Virus genome (UHGV): UHGV-0326727
Reading direction: 5' to 3' (one strand)
Length of the DNA: 64,000 nt
DNA from: a virus
Shown: piece by piece, positions 25,017 through 32,630 of the stretch
How positions within the stretch are numbered: the stretch's first letter is position 1
Layout of the letters: every line of letters begins with the position of its first letter
Program-made: the position numbers and the translations under genes
Notes under the pieces: generated by a model
What the model was told of the DNA's origin: nothing
Seen by the model: the letters and a program-made list of their open reading frames with translations, nothing else
Databases searched by the model: none

Positions 25017-25562
25017 TCAAAAGTGTCCTTTTACTTGTGGAACATAAATTTCAAAAGTTGCTTTACCATCCTCTGATGGTTTTGACTGTACCTTTGTAAA
25101 TACACGGTTATCATACAACTTCTCGAAGAAGTTTTCAAAAGGTAAATGCACAGTGGCCTCTTCAGTAACTTTATGAAAGACTGTATGGAACACTACATCA
25201 GCATACGGTAAAGCATTGACAAGGACACCTGCACCACCAATTACAAAGACATCTTCATCAATAGAGCTATCAAGATATTTCAAAAATGCTCCAAATGACT
25301 CTTTACTGGCTTTTGCATACATTACATCATCTTTGCCAAAGTCTATGCCTAAGTATGGTACAGAATTTGTTAAGATTAGGTTTGCACGTTCTGGTAAAGG
25401 TTTACTACCCAGAGTCTTAAAAGTCTCATTCCCCATCACTACTAAGTTGTTTTTAGTGAGTCTCTTAAACTCTTGCATATCCTGTTTATGTCGAGGCCAC
25501 GGCATACCAGTTGGAGTACCAAACTCCCCATTTTCACCACTTGCAAAGATTAGTTTAATCAT
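25017..25562 (-). CDS. folA: Dihydrofolate reductase
   Basis: 181 aa; N-terminal IFA...G..PW motif (LIFASGENGEFG...MPWP), VIGGAGV glycine motif. Confidence 0.82.
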   Translation of the reverse strand: MIKLIFASGENGEFGTPTGMPWPRHKQDMQEFKRLTKNNLVVMGNETFKTLGSKPLPERANLILTNSVPYLGIDFGKDDVMYAKASKESFGAFLKYLDSSIDEDVFVIGGAGVLVNALPYADVVFHTVFHKVTEEATVHLPFENFFEKLYDNRVFTKVQSKPSEDGKATFEIYVPQVKGHF

Positions 25563-25819
25563 TTTATAAATCCTTTCTTAATGAACCAGTTGATAACATT
25601 CTTCACAGCTTTATTGCTATGGTAGATTAAGTGTGGTGTAGGCTGGTATGAGCCATAGGCCCAGAATGATAGATGCTCACCACAACCAACACATGTAGTA
25701 CTTTCTTCAGCTATATGACCATTAACAATCACATGAACTTCACCTTGCAAGTCTGTACACCCACAATGTGGACAACGGATAGGTGTTCCATCAGACTCAT
25801 AGCAGTGTTCAATTTTCAT
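25559..25819 (-). CDS. Small Cys-rich (zinc-ribbon-like) protein
   Basis: 86 aa with CPHCGC ... CVGCGEH pairs. Confidence 0.45.
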   Translation of the reverse strand: MKIEHCYESDGTPIRCPHCGCTDLQGEVHVIVNGHIAEESTTCVGCGEHLSFWAYGSYQPTPHLIYHSNKAVKNVINWFIKKGFIK

Positions 25820-26335
25820 TTATTTAACCTCAAAAACTGGTTCAAGAACCAATATAAAGTCTACACAGTCATCTTCTTCATCCAGAATACCATCAAAGTT
25901 CTTAGGAACGAAGTCGAAGAGGCTCATAACAAAACAGTCAGAAGTAACCCTAATAGTGCCTCCCATATTCTCTACAGTCAACACTGTACGACTTTCTTTT
26001 ACCTCTCGCAGAAGATTGCTCACAAAGTCATCTAAGAAGTACTTCATCAGTGACTTAAAACCTTTAGGATAATCTGTACCAGAGTATGTTTCAATCTGAG
26101 GTACAAGCTTAACATTTATACTAGTCTTTGCTAAGAACGTGCTAGAGAACATACTATCAGGTAACTTACAAACAGTCTTTCCAGTACCTTCATGTTCAAT
26201 CTCAACAAAACCAGCTTCGTCGCCACATGTAACTATTTTAAAAGATGCTTCATTCTCATACTGTGAAGCCATAAACTTTTTAAGCATGACTTTAAGGAAA
26301 TCTGCATGAGCATCTTGTAAGTAGATATCAATCAT
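25820..26335 (-). CDS. Hypothetical protein (171 aa)
   Basis: ORF in co-directional early block; no motif. Confidence 0.4.
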   Translation of the reverse strand: MIDIYLQDAHADFLKVMLKKFMASQYENEASFKIVTCGDEAGFVEIEHEGTGKTVCKLPDSMFSSTFLAKTSINVKLVPQIETYSGTDYPKGFKSLMKYFLDDFVSNLLREVKESRTVLTVENMGGTIRVTSDCFVMSLFDFVPKNFDGILDEEDDCVDFILVLEPVFEVK

Positions 26336-26348
26336 AGTTAATCACCTA

Positions 26349-26708
26349 TTATGGGAACAGACACTTGATGTCATCATTTTTGAAAACAAAACTTGTGTAG
26401 TTGTGACCATCAACATCCAGCCAAACAGCCTGAACATCTACACCATCAAGATTCTGGTAAAGCTCTTTGATGAAGTGGTCTTTTACAACCTGACTGCTAG
26501 TTGTTTCCAGCTTAATGTTAGAGATTGCTGAACCTACAGCCATATAACCCATGACACGTTTCTTCTCAGTATGCTTAATCTTACCATCTTTGTAAGCCAT
26601 AATGAGATTGGAAAGAATCTTCACACCATAATACTTTTCAAGGTGAGTAGGTACACCATAAAAGCCTAATGCGAAGTTTTCAGAGTGGATAATGTTTTCA
26701 CGTTTCAT
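26349..26708 (-). CDS. Hypothetical protein (119 aa)
   Basis: ORF in early block. Confidence 0.4.
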   Translation of the reverse strand: MKRENIIHSENFALGFYGVPTHLEKYYGVKILSNLIMAYKDGKIKHTEKKRVMGYMAVGSAISNIKLETTSSQVVKDHFIKELYQNLDGVDVQAVWLDVDGHNYTSFVFKNDDIKCLFP

Positions 26709-26709
26709 A

Positions 26710-27039
26710 TTAATCTGCCAGCCTTAAATTAAAGTTAACACCAAATTTTTCACATACTTCCAACATAAACTCAAGGGAGACATTACCAGTGAGATTGATT
26801 ATGTTGGATACACGAGCCTGAGAGATACCACAAATTTTAGCAACTTGCTCTTGAGAAAGACCTCTGGATTTAATCTCTCTCTTAAAACGATGTGCAACGA
26901 AATCTCTCATTTCGTCTACATCCATTGGACAAATATAACTCTCCATTTCAGCCTCTCTGTCAGCCTCCCAATCATCTTGTGGAGCATAAGGGTCAAAAAC
27001 CTCATTCATCTTTCTTCCTCCGTTTGCGTGGAGTGTCAA
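26710..27039 (-). CDS. HTH (XRE-like) DNA-binding protein
   Basis: 109 aa; helix-turn-helix signature LSQEQVAKICGISQARVSNI in C-terminal half, acidic N-terminus. Confidence 0.55.
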   Translation of the reverse strand: MTLHANGGRKMNEVFDPYAPQDDWEADREAEMESYICPMDVDEMRDFVAHRFKREIKSRGLSQEQVAKICGISQARVSNIINLTGNVSLEFMLEVCEKFGVNFNLRLAD

Positions 27040-27214
27040 TCAATGAATCTATGTTTGTAGCCCTAACCTTTTCACGTTCATCGTTAAGGTAATCATCAAG
27101 AGCCTTTTCAATCTGTGAATCATCTTGACAGATAACTGTAAAGACTGTAAAGCCATCTGTATCATCAATTATCTTACCATAACCGCTTCTGGGATGTAAC
27201 TTTTTAAGAGCCAT
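27002..27214 (-). CDS. Hypothetical small protein (70 aa)
   Basis: Short ORF overlapping next gene by 38 nt; basic C-terminus. Confidence 0.3.
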   Translation of the reverse strand: MALKKLHPRSGYGKIIDDTDGFTVFTVICQDDSQIEKALDDYLNDEREKVRATNIDSLIDTPRKRRKKDE

Positions 27215-27215
27215 A

Positions 27216-27599
27216 TCAAATACCTGTGCAGCTTCTGTTTTCTAAGAAATACTCAACACCATACATAGCTTTTTGCATCAAATCTTCTTTAAACTGAATA
27301 CGATGATTAAGCATAGCCTGTACATCAATATCATCATGGTGCTTCTCTTTAATATTTGCAGATTGCAGGAAATACTCTGCAAGAACACGATACTGATAGT
27401 CAGTTACCTTGTCAGTCATCTCTGTTAAAGATTCTTCAGAGATTGGTTTAAGTAACTCACCATTAGCCAAAGCAACACCTTTAACAATCTGACAAGTGTC
27501 TTCTGGAACACCTGATAAGTCCACATTTGGAAGTTCTGTTGCATTGACTGGTAAATTCATTGCCATAACCATTGCAGCGGCTAATAAAATCTTTTTCAT
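27216..27599 (-). CDS. Secreted/periplasmic protein with N-terminal signal peptide (127 aa)
   Basis: MKKILLAAAMVMAMNLPVNA signal-like N-terminus (AxA-type cleavage site). Confidence 0.5.
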   Translation of the reverse strand: MKKILLAAAMVMAMNLPVNATELPNVDLSGVPEDTCQIVKGVALANGELLKPISEESLTEMTDKVTDYQYRVLAEYFLQSANIKEKHHDDIDVQAMLNHRIQFKEDLMQKAMYGVEYFLENRSCTGI

Positions 27600-27642
27600 A
27601 ATGACCTCAAAGTTATATTAAATTTTGTATTACATTGAGTAT

Positions 27643-27672
27643 AAAAATAAGCTATAACACCTGACTTGTCAA
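27643..27672 (-). promoter_or_regulatory. Sigma70-like promoter on - strand upstream of 27216..27599
   Basis: On - strand: TTGACA (27672-27667), 16-17 nt spacer, TTATTT/TATTTT -10; about 40 nt upstream of ATG at 27599. Confidence 0.4.
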
Positions 27673-27708
27673 CAGATTTTATAGCTTATTTGGCAGATTT
27701 TTTATAAG

Positions 27709-27960
27709 GCTACTGCCATCCTTCCATACATTACCTTACCTTACCTCACCTGACCTGACCTGACCCTACCTAACATTACCGTGCCACACCTCACTTAAAA
27801 ACCCTCTTAAAAGACTCTTAAGTGATGTAAGTCTCATTTTAATGTAGCTGAGACTAACTACCCATACCTGACCGAACATTACTAGGCCTTACCAGACACT
27901 ACAGAACAGGACAGCACCGCACCTTATTAAAAGACCCTGTTTAAAGACCTTTTAAAAAGG
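27709..27960. repeat. Repeat array A: CA-rich (+ strand) modular repeats with elements X, Y, Z
   Basis: X 27789-27827, Y 27828-27868, Z 27921-27960; each recurs in array B (29.1-29.4 kb) with different order. Confidence 0.8.
27731..27780. repeat. Tandem pentamer tract (NNACC)x10
   Basis: TTACC TTACC TTACC TCACC TGACC TGACC TGACC CTACC TAACA TTACC read directly. Confidence 0.85.
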
Positions 27961-27976
27961 AGCCTCCGAAGAGGCT
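27948..27976 (-). terminator. Rho-independent terminator on - strand after 27988..28428
   Basis: Hairpin AGCCTC-CGAA-GAGGCT (27961-27976); on the - strand followed by CC then TTTTT. Confidence 0.6.
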
Positions 27977-27987
27977 ACCTAGTCAAC

Positions 27988-28428
27988 TTAGAAAGGTTTT
28001 CTACGTTGCTTGTTAATGTTAGCTTTCATAGCAGCTAAGTGGTTTTGCTGTTCAATCAGTCGTGAGCGTTCTTGATGGCTAAGTTCCATAGTGTTCACAT
28101 TCTCAATAGCTTGAGTGGCTTGCTTTAAAGCTCGACCAATCTTACCAGACATTTTACGTTTTGCAATAGTTGCTTGATGTTTAGGTTCAACCACACGATA
28201 ACCAACACCCATTGAAGCAACCAGATAAATCTTCTCTTCTTTAAGAAGCTTCTCAATAAACTTCTCAAGTCGGTTTAGACGTGTAAGTGCATAAGCCTTC
28301 ATTTCATCTTCGTACTTAACAATGTCGCCTTGATAAGTTGGCTTCATAATACCTAAGAAGGTGTCCATCTCAGAATGTGATACAGTGTCACCGTAACTAA
28401 ACTTTGCTGCTAATGCTTTTGTATTCAT
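27988..28428 (-). CDS. Hypothetical protein (146 aa), second gene of repeat-flanked cassette
   Basis: ORF; start overlaps stop region of upstream gene; basic C-terminus. Confidence 0.45.
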   Translation of the reverse strand: MNTKALAAKFSYGDTVSHSEMDTFLGIMKPTYQGDIVKYEDEMKAYALTRLNRLEKFIEKLLKEEKIYLVASMGVGYRVVEPKHQATIAKRKMSGKIGRALKQATQAIENVNTMELSHQERSRLIEQQNHLAAMKANINKQRRKPF

Positions 28429-28430
28429 AA

Positions 28431-29036
<606 letters not shown>

Positions 29037-29110
29037 TTAGTTGATTGTTAAGTTGTTTGTAAAGAACCCTCAACAGAAGACTCTTTAGAAACTTGGTAGA
29101 TTTTTAACGT

Positions 29111-29382
29111 GGCTACTACCATCCACCCATACCGTGCCACACCACACCGGACTATACCATGCCCAACCCTACTACACCAGACCTTATTAAAAAACCCTCT
29201 TAAAGACCTTTTAAAAAGGTAAGTCTCATTTTAATGTAGCTGAGACTAACTACCCATACCTTACCGCACCGGACATTACCGGACCGCACATCACCGCACC
29301 AAACCAAACATCACATTACCTGACCTCACCGCGCCTTACCATACCTCACTTAAAAACCCCTCTTAAAGATTCTTAAGTGATG
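29111..29382. repeat. Repeat array B: CA-rich modular repeats with elements Z', Y, X'
   Basis: Z' 29181-29219, Y 29220-29260 (identical 41-mer to 27828-27868), X' 29344-29382; strongly G-poor on + strand. Confidence 0.8.
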
Positions 29383-29446
29383 CTGGTGAGTACCCGTTGG
29401 TTTATGCTGCTCAGTATACTCACCAAATTTTCTATGTCAACAACTT

Positions 29447-30586
29447 TTATTCATAATCTCGTATAACGAGGCCAACAGGGAACTGTAAAGAACCTTTACG
29501 AGTCATCTTCTGGAACTGAACCGTCAAAGGTTTCCCGATAAACTCTTCAGGATGTTCAGCAAGATACTGTTTCTTCTCATGAGTAGTCTTCCATGAGACA
29601 TCTACAAAGACGTTAGGAAGAGTCTCTACAACGAACTTGCCATGACCACGCTTATCAGTCTTTACACCAGTCACTTTAAACTCTTCAGTGTGCATCTTCT
29701 TGTGCTTAATCAAGAAGTATGAACGGTGACAACACTCATAGAAGGAGTCTTCAGAGATTGAACGGTACATTGCACCTTCAAACTTGGCTTCAACCCACTT
29801 ATCATGAGCTTCATCAAACTCTTCCCAAGAATTTACACGACGAGACTTAACAGGAACAACTTTACAGCCGTCTCTAAAGTCATTCAATGGTGAAGTCTCA
29901 ATAATATCTCTACGCTCAGGCCACGTCTTAGTACTGTCACAGATATCGTACCAGTAAAACTTGAGCAAGTGTCTGTCAGGATTGTCTTCATTTTTAATCA
30001 TGGAGACGATATCTTCTAAGTCCCACCCATGAGCATAAATCTCTCCATCAAATTCATCAACATCTTTGTGGAGCCTTAACATTGCCATAATGTCAGGTAT
30101 TAGTTCAGTAGGGATTTTATAAACAGTATTCTCACGAGAGTATGCTGTAAATACACTACCAATGCTTAAGTGCCTCGAAATCCTACAACGGACACCATCA
30201 AGCTTCGGTTGAGCATCAGCAGGGAATTTCAAATACTTTGCATGACTAACCTTTGCAGCATCATGAGCAAGCTGCACACCTACCTTCTCAGTATTCTGTG
30301 CAGACTCTTTTGTGTAAGCATAGCCTTTGCGGTCAACTTGCTTTTTATACTTAGCAGCAACTTCAAAGAGAGCTTGCTGTTCAGCGTTACGCTCATTCTT
30401 TTTACCGATGTTTTTCGGTTCTGCTGTGTACTCTTCAAACATCATCTTGCCATTTTCTTTACCGTAGGTTGTAATAACTTTGTCACCTACAGCAACGCAT
30501 GACCAGACGTTAAAAGAGCCGTCTTTATTTTGTTTGTACAGTATTGTCATTTTATTCCTCTGAGTGATACCAAGTATTGCAAGCAT
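29447..30586 (-). CDS. ATP-dependent DNA ligase
   Basis: 379 aa; nucleotidyltransferase motif I KLDGVR, motif III FDGEIY, motif IV EGAMYRS, motif V LIKHK. Confidence 0.85.
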   Translation of the reverse strand: MLAILGITQRNKMTILYKQNKDGSFNVWSCVAVGDKVITTYGKENGKMMFEEYTAEPKNIGKKNERNAEQQALFEVAAKYKKQVDRKGYAYTKESAQNTEKVGVQLAHDAAKVSHAKYLKFPADAQPKLDGVRCRISRHLSIGSVFTAYSRENTVYKIPTELIPDIMAMLRLHKDVDEFDGEIYAHGWDLEDIVSMIKNEDNPDRHLLKFYWYDICDSTKTWPERRDIIETSPLNDFRDGCKVVPVKSRRVNSWEEFDEAHDKWVEAKFEGAMYRSISEDSFYECCHRSYFLIKHKKMHTEEFKVTGVKTDKRGHGKFVVETLPNVFVDVSWKTTHEKKQYLAEHPEEFIGKPLTVQFQKMTRKGSLQFPVGLVIRDYE

Positions 30587-30743
30587 TACATGCGTAAAGC
30601 TCTAAGTCATTTTTATCTGGTTTATGAAAACAGTTTGCTCCGCAGTGGCAACGAAACGGCTTTCCACCAACTGTCAGGATGAAGGATTGAACCTTTCCAT
30701 CAGGAGTTCGTACAGCATTTTTATGCTTGTCTTCTTTGTTCAT
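30552..30743 (-). CDS. Small zinc-ribbon-like protein (63 aa)
   Basis: CHC...C and C..C pairs (FRCHCGANCF ... YACNACN). Confidence 0.4.
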   Translation of the reverse strand: MNKEDKHKNAVRTPDGKVQSFILTVGGKPFRCHCGANCFHKPDKNDLELYACNACNTWYHSEE

Positions 30744-30946
30744 TTTCTCTTACCACCAATCTCTACGTCGATAACTTGAACATCACCAGCAACATCAAAC
30801 TTATGAATGATGCTTCCCACAGTGTAAGTCCAACCCTCGATGCGAACCAACTCACCTTCTCGTGGGACGATTGGATTACGTTGAGCTACGGTTGTAGTGG
30901 AGTGAACAACATCATAACAATAGATATAGTTTACTAGGACTTCCAT
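30740..30946 (-). CDS. Hypothetical small protein (68 aa; trimmed from ORF-track 30740..31045)
   Basis: Longest ORF overlaps the lipoprotein gene by 89 nt; internal Met at 30946 removes the overlap. Confidence 0.35.
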   Translation of the reverse strand: MEVLVNYIYCYDVVHSTTTVAQRNPIVPREGELVRIEGWTYTVGSIIHKFDVAGDVQVIDVEIGGKRK

Positions 30947-30956
30947 CTTGAAAACC

Positions 30957-31193
30957 TCACTCAATAACAGTAGTGTGTGATTGACCATTTTTGCCATAGC
31001 TATAAGATGTTGTTGTTTGAGAGTTTGGACATCTGACAACAACAATATCTCTGCTTATGGCATCACCATGTAACTTATAGACCTTACAATCTTGCATTTC
31101 TGGTGGGAGGCTATAAGAAGCATTCTTATCTTCATAAGAAGGGTTGCAGCCAGTTAGAAAAATAACACCAAGTGTAATTACTGCTTTCCACAT
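30957..31193 (-). CDS. Putative lipoprotein (78 aa)
   Basis: N-terminus MWKAVITLGVIFLTGC: hydrophobic signal plus lipobox L-T-G-C. Confidence 0.5.
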   Translation of the reverse strand: MWKAVITLGVIFLTGCNPSYEDKNASYSLPPEMQDCKVYKLHGDAISRDIVVVRCPNSQTTTSYSYGKNGQSHTTVIE

Positions 31194-31208
31194 AACACAT
31201 CTCCTGTT

Positions 31209-31364
31209 TTATTGTTCACGATGTTCTACTTCTCTGTATGTACGCCGGTAGTTTATGATGAGTTGTGCTAATTCGTTGCTTTTAACATCTGAACGTAGCA
31301 GTTGCCAATCAAAACCTTTACCGACTCTCCCATATAAACTAAATAATTTTACTTTGCGTTTCAT
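31209..31364 (-). CDS. Small basic protein (51 aa), not in ORF track (below 60 aa)
   Basis: Hand-translated: MKRKVKLFSLYGRVGKGFDWQLLRSDVKSNELAQLIINYRRTYREVEHREQ; fills gap between flanking genes. Confidence 0.3.
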   Translation of the reverse strand: MKRKVKLFSLYGRVGKGFDWQLLRSDVKSNELAQLIINYRRTYREVEHREQ

Positions 31365-31381
31365 TTTGGTGTTCCCAATAC

Positions 31382-31609
31382 TCAGAGGTCAATACTGATA
31401 CGTTCACCCTTAAGGACTCCTGTGCGGTCTCTTGCAATCTTACCGTCAACAATAAGGATATGCGCAGACTTTAAAGATTCACTATTAAAACCTTTTACGA
31501 ACTTACTAGGCATCACCACAATAAGCATCTCTTGAATCAACTCTGGAGTGTAGCAATTATCGTGAAGTTGCTGAATAACGTCTGCAAGTGTCATTTTTGA
31601 TGTCTCCAA
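31382..31609 (-). CDS. Small protein, paralog B of duplicated family (75 aa)
   Basis: Shares conserved core with 31797..32015 (DGKIARDRTGVLKGERISI vs GGKIAKDKTGYLKGERVNI). Confidence 0.45.
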   Translation of the reverse strand: METSKMTLADVIQQLHDNCYTPELIQEMLIVVMPSKFVKGFNSESLKSAHILIVDGKIARDRTGVLKGERISIDL

Positions 31610-31800
31610 TATTCAATATCAATAAGTTCTTGTGCAATGCTTTTCAGATTACCTTTCAAGAAAACCTTCTCAGAACCTGAAAGAGATGAATTGTCAATTA
31701 GCCTGTTCATTCTCTCAAACAACTTCTGCTTACGGTTCTTGATAGTTTCCTTTGAAGCACCTTTCATCATTGCTGCATGGGTTCTTCCACGGTGGCTCAT
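31591..31800 (-). CDS. Small basic protein (69 aa) between the two paralogs
   Basis: ORF with overlapping start/stop to both neighbours. Confidence 0.4.
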   Translation of the reverse strand: MSHRGRTHAAMMKGASKETIKNRKQKLFERMNRLIDNSSLSGSEKVFLKGNLKSIAQELIDIEYWRHQK

Positions 31801-32015
31801 AGTAAACTCTCAATATTTACACGCTCACCTTTTAAGTAGCCTGTCTTATCTTTTGCGATTTTACCTCCAGCAATAAAGATATCTACTCTACGTAGAACTT
31901 CAGGGTTTACCTTCAAATTCCTACAGCTACTGCAAAGAACAATAAACATCCCTTCAATCTCTTTTTGAGAATAACCTGCACATTGCAACTGAACTTCAAT
32001 CTCTGAAAGTGTCAT
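31797..32015 (-). CDS. Small protein, paralog A of duplicated family (72 aa)
   Basis: Alignable over full length with 31382..31609. Confidence 0.45.
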   Translation of the reverse strand: MTLSEIEVQLQCAGYSQKEIEGMFIVLCSSCRNLKVNPEVLRRVDIFIAGGKIAKDKTGYLKGERVNIESLL

Positions 32016-32066
32016 ATGTCCTCCTATACAAGATATTGTATAAGGTACTCTTCCATGAGCACCTTG

Positions 32067-32630
32067 TCAAGATAGTTTTGCGAACTCTCCGTGTAGTTTT
32101 ATAGCAGCTTCACAGTAAGCTTTATGGGCTTCTTCTGGTGTGTCAAACATACCAAGATGATAGTTTTTACCCTGTAAACGAATCATTGCTCTAAACCTTT
32201 TACTTATTTTCTGTACACCTTTTGGCAATCCAGATAGGGACTTTCTTGACCGATTACAAGAGTTTTGTGAGGCTGTACAAACCCTCAAATTCAAGTATCT
32301 ATTATCCCAACCATCTCCATTCTTATGGTCAACCTGTAAGGTTTTATCAGGTAGATACCCATCCATGTATAGTATTACTAAACGGTTAGCTTGGTAGCCT
32401 TTACCATCAAGCAACAACTGAACAGACTTGTGACCATCTGTATTTATCCTATAATTACCTGCCTTTTTACCTCCAAAACGAGAGTTGAAGTTCCTATTAC
32501 CTCGTGATATTGGCTCTCTAAACTTCCAAGTAAAGACCCCTGTTTCGGGGTCGTAGTCCAGTAGTTCCTTAAGACGAATTTCTGTAATCATTTCAATACC
32601 ATCAATGCACTTCCAACCAGCTCTTACCAA
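32067..32630 (-). CDS. HNH homing endonuclease with AP2-type DNA-binding domain
   Basis: 187 aa; HNH core VDHKNGDGWDNRYLNLRVCTASQN; C-terminal AP2-like GVQKISKRFRAMIRLQGKNYHLGMFDTPEEAHKAY. Confidence 0.75.
   Translation of the reverse strand: MVRAGWKCIDGIEMITEIRLKELLDYDPETGVFTWKFREPISRGNRNFNSRFGGKKAGNYRINTDGHKSVQLLLDGKGYQANRLVILYMDGYLPDKTLQVDHKNGDGWDNRYLNLRVCTASQNSCNRSRKSLSGLPKGVQKISKRFRAMIRLQGKNYHLGMFDTPEEAHKAYCEAAIKLHGEFAKLS

Noticed and set aside
26710-27039. HTH XRE-like protein as evidence of a lysogeny switch (temperate lifestyle)
   Set aside because: No integrase, excisionase or attachment site is present in 64 kb, and the gene content (own polymerase, RNRs, thyA) is typical of virulent phages; a single HTH regulator is insufficient.
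29375-29395. Chi-like site (GCTGGTGAG) near repeat array B
   Set aside because: One mismatch from the E. coli Chi octamer GCTGGTGG and the host is unknown; a single near-match is expected by chance.
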